Under the pieces are notes generated by a model that was not told the origin of the DNA, did no database searches, and was given only the letters and a program-made list of their open reading frames with translations. From an uncultured virus (IMG/VR IMGVR_UViG_3300001765_000054) (Duplodnaviria; Heunggongvirae; Uroviricota; Caudoviricetes): a DNA stretch of 20,000 nt. Position numbers and translations under genes: made by a program. The first letter of the stretch is position 1. Every line of letters begins with the position of its first letter. Location of the stretch: positions 45,902-65,901 of IMG/VR virus record IMGVR_UViG_3300001765_000054, one strand, 5' to 3'. Shown in pieces: positions 7,790 through 13,912 of this stretch.

Positions 7790-8941
7790 TTAGTCGATGG
7801 AGCAAGCTTTACGTTTTTGGCCACGCTCATGCTCGATGGAACCTTGGGTCCGAACCAGCTCAAGTTCGCAACTGGAGTTGTACTTAACTCGGATGACGTC
7901 GTTGAGTTTCTGGGTGCAGAGGTATGCAGCTTCAGCGATGTGTGCGAAGGCGATTGGTTGACGGGCATACTTTTTTGCCACGTCTACTTTGCATCGTTCA
8001 ATTACTCCAACCGCGAAGGTTGTAAGTTGTTTCTGTTTGACCTCGGGGAGGTCGTTGAATTTGGCTGAAGCAGGTGCGTGCTTTGAGGCAGCGCGAAGGA
8101 TTTCGAGGATGGTGGGCATGAGTCTCTTATTAGACTCTATACGCTGTGTGGATGCAGCAGTGTCTGCTTCCATATACGCATCGTAAAAACGTTGCTCCTT
8201 GTTTTCGATGGTGGTGTTGTACTCGAGTTCGGCCTGCTCGACTTTAGCTTTCGCTGATACCCATGCGGCGTTGAGATTAGAGAATTCATCTGCGTAAATA
8301 AGAGCTGCGTTATCTCCTGTGTAAATAGGGTCGTGCTCGTCTGGCAGATTATCAAGTGCCTTTGCTGCTTTGTCCAACGCGCCGCGTGCCTTGACCAACG
8401 TGTTCATGAGTCCATCGGTTAACGTGCTACGCCCCGCAGCTTCGAGCTGAGCCATCTTGCGATAATTGGCACGTGTGCCTACGTTGGGCTTTTGCGCCTT
8501 TTCTTGCTCCATTTGCTCGCGTAGTGATTTTGACTTGTAGTCGCGATCGTCTGCGCCTGCTGCTGCATACGCATCGTCGTGCCATTGTGTGCGCAGGGCT
8601 AACAACGTAGCTAATGTTTTTTCATCGCCATCGAAATCGAAATGGCTTGAGCGTGAGAGTTCCTCGCCAATGTCCTGACAGAAGCCATCGAAGTCGGTGA
8701 CTTCTTCGGGATCGATATCCTTCCAGCGTTCGAACAAGACTGTTCGAGCTTGGCTAATGCACGAGCTGTCGATCATCCAGCACATGCTTTCGAGAACTCT
8801 CGAATGCAGCGCAGGCTGTTCGGCCATGGTCTCGTCAAGGAGGTCAATGATGTCGAACATTGTGTAGCTGGTCGCGACTTGTTTGACTGCAGCCTCGATG
8901 GTGCCAGTTGCAAGTTTGTGGGTTTTGGTTTTGGTAGCCAT
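7790..8941 (-). CDS. hypothetical alpha-helical protein (383 aa)
   Basis: Long ORF with AGGAAA SD and a downstream terminator; no recognised family. Confidence 0.85.
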   Translation of the reverse strand: MATKTKTHKLATGTIEAAVKQVATSYTMFDIIDLLDETMAEQPALHSRVLESMCWMIDSSCISQARTVLFERWKDIDPEEVTDFDGFCQDIGEELSRSSHFDFDGDEKTLATLLALRTQWHDDAYAAAGADDRDYKSKSLREQMEQEKAQKPNVGTRANYRKMAQLEAAGRSTLTDGLMNTLVKARGALDKAAKALDNLPDEHDPIYTGDNAALIYADEFSNLNAAWVSAKAKVEQAELEYNTTIENKEQRFYDAYMEADTAASTQRIESNKRLMPTILEILRAASKHAPASAKFNDLPEVKQKQLTTFAVGVIERCKVDVAKKYARQPIAFAHIAEAAYLCTQKLNDVIRVKYNSSCELELVRTQGSIEHERGQKRKACSID

Positions 8942-8965
8942 GGTAGTTTCCTAGGTTAGGGTTAT

Positions 8966-9015
8966 GAAGCGCGAGACGCTTCCCGATGAGCACTGAGATC
9001 AATGCCCATCAGGAA
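8966..9015 (-). repeat. structured intergenic motif type II, copy 1
   Basis: + strand GAAGCG-CGAGA-CGCTTC overlapping a long stem TTCCCGATGAGCA...TGCCCATCAGGAA; the mismatches become G.U pairs on the - strand. Confidence 0.6.
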
Positions 9016-9021
9016 TCGAAC

Positions 9022-9270
9022 TTAGACGTTAGATTCATCCGTTGAGAAAAAGCTGTACTCTTCAGCGAGGTAACGTTGCCGAGATTGAGGTTTAGGGATT
9101 TTGTGCTGAGGCACGTCTTGTTCAGGAAGAGCTTTAAACAGATCGCGATGCTTTTGCATAAAGCTGTAAGCCTCTGCTGCTTTGGCTGCATCGGTGACGT
9201 TGGGGAAGCAGGGGAATTCGTAGTATTTGGACATGGTGGTGTTTAAGGTTGTAGAAGCAAAGCGCTTCAT
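9022..9270 (-). CDS. hypothetical protein (82 aa; alternative start at 9234, 70 aa)
   Basis: ORF fills the gap in the early cluster; start uncertain. Confidence 0.6.
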   Translation of the reverse strand: MKRFASTTLNTTMSKYYEFPCFPNVTDAAKAAEAYSFMQKHRDLFKALPEQDVPQHKIPKPQSRQRYLAEEYSFFSTDESNV

Positions 9271-9306
9271 ACTGCTGTCTCATAACCAACAGTGTTGAAG
9301 AGTTTT

Positions 9307-9360
9307 GGCACAGATAGTGCTTGTATGCACCATAACAGTGCATACTACAGTTTCGATAGC
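9307..9360 (-). repeat. structured intergenic motif type III, copy 1
   Basis: - strand GCTATCGAAACTGTAGTA...GCACTATCTGTGCC, with an additional 8-bp hairpin GTATGCAC/GTGCATAC at 9323-9345. Confidence 0.45.
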
Positions 9361-9368
9361 AAATCGAT

Positions 9369-9653
9369 TTAAACGAGCTTAGAGCTCATATCGTAGTATC
9401 CGGCTACATAGGTGCCATCCTCGACGTGGCCGACCAGCCAGCGGGCCGCTGATAGCGTCAGTGAGCACGTTAAAGCGCTGATGCTCGCGATCATCAAACC
9501 AGAAAAGGAACCCCAGTGAATGAGAATCATTCCTATTAAGATAATCGTGTCGATGAGCACCGGATTTGACAGGATGTGCATACGCCAAGACCAAGGCAAT
9601 TTGGTCAATGTCCATAGCAGGCCAGCGCCTACTATGATGCCCATCTCAATCAC
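9369..9653 (-). CDS. membrane protein (~94 aa)
   Basis: GTG at 9653 overlaps the upstream stop (GTGA); several hydrophobic segments (IIVGAGLLWTL, LIDTIILIGMILIHWG, LMIASISALTCSLTL). Confidence 0.75.
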   Translation of the reverse strand: MIEMGIIVGAGLLWTLTKLPWSWRMHILSNPVLIDTIILIGMILIHWGSFSGLMIASISALTCSLTLSAARWLVGHVEDGTYVAGYYDMSSKLV

Positions 9654-10090
9654 GCTACGCTCAAAGTTGGAGTTACGAAGCGCGAAGCTACCCAGCCGTA
9701 GCCCATGATCGACAGCGTAGTTGCGAAGTGCGCAGCGATAAGCGAGATGAGCCAACCAACGATGGTTATGACCCAGTGCATAAACGCCCAGCCGGTAAAC
9801 GTAACCGCAGCGGCAGAAGCCGAAGCGATAAGCGGTGCAGCAAGAACGCCAGCACCGACAGCGATGGCGATAGTTGCAAGACCTTTGATCACAGGTTTGA
9901 CCCAAGCGTGCTCAGGCGTAGGTGTAGCTGCAACAGGTGCAGCTTTTTTCTCGGCTTTCTTTTCAGCCTTGCGAGCTTTGTGCTCAGCACGAGCTTGCTC
10001 GAGTTTTTGCTCAGTAGTGAGTTCAGCCTCGACAGCCTCAACGTCGATAACGGTTTCGGCTGCGGTGGATTTGTTGGTACGAGTTGCCAT
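9650..10090 (-). CDS. membrane protein (146 aa), charged N-terminus and two hydrophobic segments
   Basis: AAGGAAA SD; Ala-rich; 'GLATIAIAVGAGVLAAPLIA' and 'WVITIVGWLISLIAA'. Confidence 0.8.
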   Translation of the reverse strand: MATRTNKSTAAETVIDVEAVEAELTTEQKLEQARAEHKARKAEKKAEKKAAPVAATPTPEHAWVKPVIKGLATIAIAVGAGVLAAPLIASASAAAVTFTGWAFMHWVITIVGWLISLIAAHFATTLSIMGYGWVASRFVTPTLSVA

Positions 10091-10119
10091 GATGTTTCCT
10101 TAGAAAGGTTAAGTTGTTT

Positions 10120-10166
10120 GAAGCGGACGCTTCGCTCTGAACACGGAGAACCATGCTCAGAGCGAA
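10120..10166 (-). repeat. structured intergenic motif type II, copy 2
   Basis: + strand GAAGCG-GA-CGCTTC overlapping stem TTCGCTCTGA...TCAGAGCGAA (10 perfect bp, extended by G.U pairs on the - strand). Confidence 0.6.
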
Positions 10167-10179
10167 ACTCGCAAAGGGG

Positions 10180-10210
10180 GACTGACTTAGGGCCGGTACT
10201 CCGGCCCTAA
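10180..10210. repeat. hairpin motif type I, copy 1
   Basis: GACTGAC-TTAGGGCCGG-TACT-CCGGCCCTAA (perfect 10-bp stem). Confidence 0.85.
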
Positions 10211-10236
10211 TGTTCCTAACCCCGATACGCGAGGAG

Positions 10237-10284
10237 GGCACCGATAAATGCATAGACGACGAGCGTTGCTATGACTTCGATAGC
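10237..10284 (-). repeat. structured intergenic motif type III, copy 2
   Basis: - strand GCTATCGAAGTCATAGCA...GCATTTATCGGTGCC immediately after the stop at 10286. Confidence 0.45.
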
Positions 10285-10285
10285 G

Positions 10286-10684
10286 TTACGCATGTGCCAC
10301 CTCGGCAGCAGGTGTTACGCAGACTGACGTGAACTGGTTGAAGCCAGTACAACGCTTCTCCCAGACGCTGCCGTCGCGCTTTGTGAATTGCGTGACGCGC
10401 GATGCGCTTGCAGATTTGCGGATGGTTTTAACCGGTACGCGGACATCGGCGCCGCACATGAACGCGTACTCGTCGATCGCGGCGTTGCGCGCTTCACCGA
10501 CTACACGTGCGTGGTCGTTAGCCTCGACCACGGAGTCTTCAAGTGTTGGCGCAGGTGCTGCCGCTGTCGCTGCTACTGTTGCTTCAGCGAGCTGACGCTT
10601 AAGCTCGACAATGTGTGCATTCAGCACGTCGATGGTGGTGTTGGCTGCAGCGAGCTGAGCGGTGAGGGTGAGAGGCTTGGCCAT
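10286..10684 (-). CDS. hypothetical protein (132 aa), N-terminal coiled coil
   Basis: AGGAG SD; Ala-rich heptad N-terminus. Confidence 0.8.
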   Translation of the reverse strand: MAKPLTLTAQLAAANTTIDVLNAHIVELKRQLAEATVAATAAAPAPTLEDSVVEANDHARVVGEARNAAIDEYAFMCGADVRVPVKTIRKSASASRVTQFTKRDGSVWEKRCTGFNQFTSVCVTPAAEVAHA

Positions 10685-10703
10685 GATAGGCTCCTAAGTT
10701 AGA

Positions 10704-10753
10704 TGAACGAACCACAAGGGGTGACTGACCTAGCCCCGGTACTCCGGGGCTGG
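10704..10753. repeat. hairpin motif type I, copy 2
   Basis: TGAACGAACCACA-N6-GACTGAC-CTAGCCCCGG-TACT-CCGGGGCTGG. Confidence 0.85.
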
Positions 10754-10762
10754 TGTGCGTGC

Positions 10763-11077
10763 TTATGCAGCTTTGGCTTTGGGGATGAAGGACGATGCCC
10801 AGCCGGTGAAGGCGCCGACCTTGGCGCCGAGCGCTGCGAACGTAGACTCGTCAAGCTTGAAGCTGAGGAAGATGTGGATGCACAGCATGAGGATGGCGAC
10901 AGCAAGGGCTACAGCGATGAACATGCAGATACCGCCGAACACAGAGGCACAGCCCCAGGCAGCGGCGATGCCGCAGCCCCACGAGATGAGCCGACCGCAC
11001 CAGGCGATGACCTTGTGACCACGCTCGACGTCAGCGTCGTGGGTTGTGGATGCGTCGATAGTTGAAGAGAAAGACAT
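10763..11077 (-). CDS. membrane protein (104 aa)
   Basis: Start reassigned to ATG 11077 (MSFSSTIDAS...) behind an AGGAG SD at 11085-11089; hydrophobic 'GGICMFIAVALAVAILMLCIHIFL'. Confidence 0.8.
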   Translation of the reverse strand: MSFSSTIDASTTHDADVERGHKVIAWCGRLISWGCGIAAAWGCASVFGGICMFIAVALAVAILMLCIHIFLSFKLDESTFAALGAKVGAFTGWASSFIPKAKAA

Positions 11078-11097
11078 GAGATAACTCCTGAGTTGAT

Positions 11098-11147
11098 TGA
11101 ACGAACCACAGAAGATGACTGATGCAGGCGCGGTACTCCGCGCCTGC
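11098..11147. repeat. hairpin motif type I, copy 3
   Basis: TGAACGAACCACA-N6-GACTGAT-GCAGGCGCGG-TACT-CCGCGCCTGC (perfect 10-bp stem). Confidence 0.85.
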
Positions 11148-11246
11148 CCTGCACGGGTGGGACCCCTACTACGGGTTGAATGCCGAATCCGAAGTGGGTG
11201 GCTCTTACCGAGGAGCCCGGGGGAGGGACCCACGCCCCCGATTCTC

Positions 11247-11335
11247 AGAAAAAATTCTAAATTTTTAGCCCTCAGCTCTTAACCCCAGCCCTACGTGATT
11301 AACCCAACGCCCTTAGAAAATTTTCTAAATTTTTA
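11247..11335. repeat. 21-bp AT-rich direct repeat pair upstream of terS (candidate packaging/terminus signal)
   Basis: AGAAAAAATTCTAAATTTTTA (11247-11267) and AGAAAATTTTCTAAATTTTTA (11315-11335); perfect 16-bp palindrome TTAGAAAATTTTCTAA at 11313-11328. Confidence 0.7.
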
Positions 11336-11356
11336 CCCCAAAACTATCGTCTAACC

Positions 11357-11367
11357 TCTAAGTTAGA
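11357..11367. promoter_or_regulatory. TCTAA-N-TTAGA palindrome 9 nt before the terS ATG
   Basis: TCTAAGTTAGA; the same motif is at 2831 and 16116. Confidence 0.55.
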
Positions 11368-11376
11368 ATCACGACC

Positions 11377-12030
11377 ATGACCGCCCGAATGAAAAATCCG
11401 TCGCCAATGGCGCTAAAGAAGCGCGACCTCGCCCCCACCCCGCCTACCCGAGAGAATAAAAAGCGCGGCGCACAAGCCGTACCTGCTATAGCCGAAGCCC
11501 GCAAGTACATCGACACCAGCACCAACGCGGGAGCTGCCTCGATCAGCCCGGATAAGCCTCTCACCGAGAAGCAGAAACAGTTTGTGAAGTTCTGGGCACA
11601 AGGTGAGTCGATCCAGACCGCTTCGCTCAGAGCGGGGTACAACGATGGAGCATCGATTGCCTACCGCATGACTATGATGCCCAACATCCTCAAGCTCAAA
11701 GCTCAGTACGAAGCGGAATGGATTGAAGAGAACCAGATGACGCGCAAGCGGGTGATGGACGGGATGCTTGAAGCTATCGAGATGGCCAAGCTGATGAGCG
11801 AACCCGCGACGATGGTTGCTGGGTGGCGTGAAGTGGGCAAACTCTGCGGTTACTACGCACCCGTCGAGTCCCGTGTGAGGGTCGATGTGACCGGCAACGT
11901 GGTCATTGACAAGATGAACAGCATGACCGACGCCGAGCTGCTGAAGATCATCACAACAGGCACCACCAGAGCACTTGAGTATGTCGAAGACATCACCAAC
12001 GAAGCCGACCAAGGCACCGACGCCGGCTGA
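11377..12030 (+). CDS. terS: terminase small subunit
   Basis: 'LTEKQKQFV......S...A..RAGY' HTH pattern and 'MTDAEL' C-terminus; directly upstream of terL. Confidence 0.85.
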   Translation: MTARMKNPSPMALKKRDLAPTPPTRENKKRGAQAVPAIAEARKYIDTSTNAGAASISPDKPLTEKQKQFVKFWAQGESIQTASLRAGYNDGASIAYRMTMMPNILKLKAQYEAEWIEENQMTRKRVMDGMLEAIEMAKLMSEPATMVAGWREVGKLCGYYAPVESRVRVDVTGNVVIDKMNSMTDAELLKIITTGTTRALEYVEDITNEADQGTDAG

Positions 12031-13546
12031 AGTCGAGCTGGCCAGCCGGCTGCTCGCCCGCCGTCGCCTCCTGCCCTTCGTGCAGAGGATCAACCCGCTC
12101 TATGAAGCAGGGTGGGTCCACCAGGACATCTGTCGGCGACTGGAGAAGTTCAGTCAGGACGTGGCCGACAAGAAGAGCCCGAGGCTGATGCTGCTGATGC
12201 CTCCCCGAAGCGGAAAGTCAGAGCTCGGCAGCCGGATGTTTCCGGCCTGGCACCTGGGCCGCTTCCCGGATCATGAGGTGATCGCCTGCTCATATAACGT
12301 GGGCCTGGCCATGTCTTTCAGTCGGAAGGTCAAGGAGGTGATCAACGACCCGGCCTATACGCCGGTGTTTGAAACCCGGCTGAACCCAGACTTCCAGGGC
12401 GCTGAGGAATGGGGTATCCAGGGCCGTAAAGGTGGGTACGTGGCTGCCGGCGTTGGGGGTGGGATAAATGGCAAGGGCGCACATGTGCTGACAATCGACG
12501 ATCCAATTAAGAATGCCGAAGAAGCGGACAGCGCTGATCTGCGCGAGAAGATCAAGGAGTGGTACGACTCGACGGCCTATACCCGGCTCGCACCTGGGGG
12601 TGGTGTACTGGTGGTGCAGACTTTTTGGCACGACGACGACCTCGCGGGTCGGCTCCAGGTGGCCATGGCTTCTGACCCTCTGGCTGATCAGTTTGTGGTC
12701 GTTAAGTACCCGGCCATTGCGGAGTTCGACGAGTATCTGGACTTCGACACTGACCTGATAGTTGACTCCCCGCCTGTCAACGGAGTCCTAAAGCGCCTCA
12801 AAGGCGAGGCCCTTCACCCAGCGCGTTTTGATTTGGCCAAGCTCACCCAGATCAAGCGCACGATCAGCCCACGGTTCTGGTCAGCTCTCTACCAGCAGAA
12901 CCCGGTGCCCGACGACGGTGCCTACTTCCTCAAGGAGCACTTCAGGCGTGCCCCGCCCCCGCACCCGGCCCGATCGAACATTTTCATCGCCTGGGACTTC
13001 GCCATCAGTGAAAAGAAGCAGAACGACTACACCGTGGGCACGGTTTTGATGCAGGATGAGGACGATGTGCTGCACGTGGCCGATCAGGTGAGGTTTAAGT
13101 CAGGAGACGCGATGTTCATTTGCGACGCCATCTTAAATCTAAGTAAGAAGTGGGATAATGGAGGGGTGGTGGTCGGGTTTGAAGATGGCCAGATATACCG
13201 CGCAGTCGAACAACTCCTGAAGAAACGCATGAAAGAACGCAAGCAGTACCTCTCGGTCCAAGCGCTTAAGGCGATTACTGACAAATTAGCCCGTGCCAGA
13301 CCCCTCCAGGGCCGGATGCAGCAGGGGATGGTCAGTTTTACGGATAAGTGCGACTGGTACGACGGCTGCAGGACGGAAATGCTGCGCTTTCCCGCCGGAG
13401 CGCATGACGATATGGTCGATAGCCTGGCGCACGCGGTAAATATGGCCGTCGGGCGCCAACCGCCGAGAAAAATCAAACACAAGGAACCCGATTCATGGCT
13501 GAAACGACTCACCAGCAGCCCAAACGGCTCGTTCATGGCGGCATAA
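11981..13546 (+). CDS. terL: terminase large subunit
   Basis: Walker A 'MPPRSGKS', 'GGGINGKGA', Walker B 'LTIDDPIK', 'T.WHDDDLAG', 'ALYQQNP', nuclease 'AWDFA', 'FPAGAHDDMVDS'. ATG 11981 preferred over TTG 11975. Confidence 0.96.
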   Translation: MSKTSPTKPTKAPTPAEVELASRLLARRRLLPFVQRINPLYEAGWVHQDICRRLEKFSQDVADKKSPRLMLLMPPRSGKSELGSRMFPAWHLGRFPDHEVIACSYNVGLAMSFSRKVKEVINDPAYTPVFETRLNPDFQGAEEWGIQGRKGGYVAAGVGGGINGKGAHVLTIDDPIKNAEEADSADLREKIKEWYDSTAYTRLAPGGGVLVVQTFWHDDDLAGRLQVAMASDPLADQFVVVKYPAIAEFDEYLDFDTDLIVDSPPVNGVLKRLKGEALHPARFDLAKLTQIKRTISPRFWSALYQQNPVPDDGAYFLKEHFRRAPPPHPARSNIFIAWDFAISEKKQNDYTVGTVLMQDEDDVLHVADQVRFKSGDAMFICDAILNLSKKWDNGGVVVGFEDGQIYRAVEQLLKKRMKERKQYLSVQALKAITDKLARARPLQGRMQQGMVSFTDKCDWYDGCRTEMLRFPAGAHDDMVDSLAHAVNMAVGRQPPRKIKHKEPDSWLKRLTSSPNGSFMAA

Positions 13547-13550
13547 CTTC

Positions 13551-13904
13551 ATGAGCTGCCCCCACTTCATCGCCAGCTCCCTCGCCCTGCGCACGGCGAC
13601 CCACCTGGCACACCTCAGCACGAAGTCCTACGCGCAGCACATGGCTCTTGGCGACTTCTACAGCGGCCTTGAGGGCCTCATCGACAAGTACGCCGAGGTC
13701 TACATGGGCCTTGAGAGCCAGATCACGTCGTTCCCCACTGTCAAGCTGCCCTCTGGCACCCCGGTTGCCCTCCTGGAGGAGTACCTGGACGCCATCAGTG
13801 CTGAGGTCGAGGAAGACCACGGCTCTGAAGCCCTGAAGAACATCCTGGCTGGGCTCGAAGAGCTGACGGCTCAGACCCTGTACAAGCTCCGAAACCTTAA
13901 GTAG
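13551..13904 (+). CDS. ferritin/Dps-like four-helix protein (DUF5856-like)
   Basis: 'HLAHLSTKSYAQHMALGDFY..L..LID.YAE' and 'L.NI...LEEL...TLYKLR.L' parallel the Dps H-x-H...D...E pattern. Confidence 0.72.
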   Translation: MSCPHFIASSLALRTATHLAHLSTKSYAQHMALGDFYSGLEGLIDKYAEVYMGLESQITSFPTVKLPSGTPVALLEEYLDAISAEVEEDHGSEALKNILAGLEELTAQTLYKLRNLK

Positions 13905-13912
13905 GCCGCACC

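Noticed and set aside
9654..9905. N-terminal extension of the 178-aa ORF 9369..9905
   Set aside because: It overlaps the 146-aa gene in another frame; the GTGA-coupled start at 9653 is more plausible.
10120..10133. GAAGCGGACGCTTC as an N4-type virion RNAP promoter
   Set aside because: It resembles the N4 hairpin as I recall it, but has an extra base and lacks the adjacent A-run/start context; the second copy (8966) has a different loop.
10131..10170. Hammerhead ribozyme (CTGA...GAAAC)
   Set aside because: The CUGANGA core is not intact (CTGAACA), these bases are buried in one long stem, and no three-way junction can be drawn.
10180..11147. CRISPR array or REP interpretation of the hairpin repeats
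   Set aside because: Copies are 394-543 bp apart, separated by whole genes, and differ in stem sequence; no cas or REP-associated transposase gene is visible.
11078..11233. N-terminal extension of the 156-aa ORF 10763..11233
   Set aside because: It runs through the conserved hairpin element; the AGGAG SD points to ATG 11077.
11975..12030. Programmed terS-terL frameshift
   Set aside because: A ~50-nt overlap is common for terminase genes and I see no slippery sequence.
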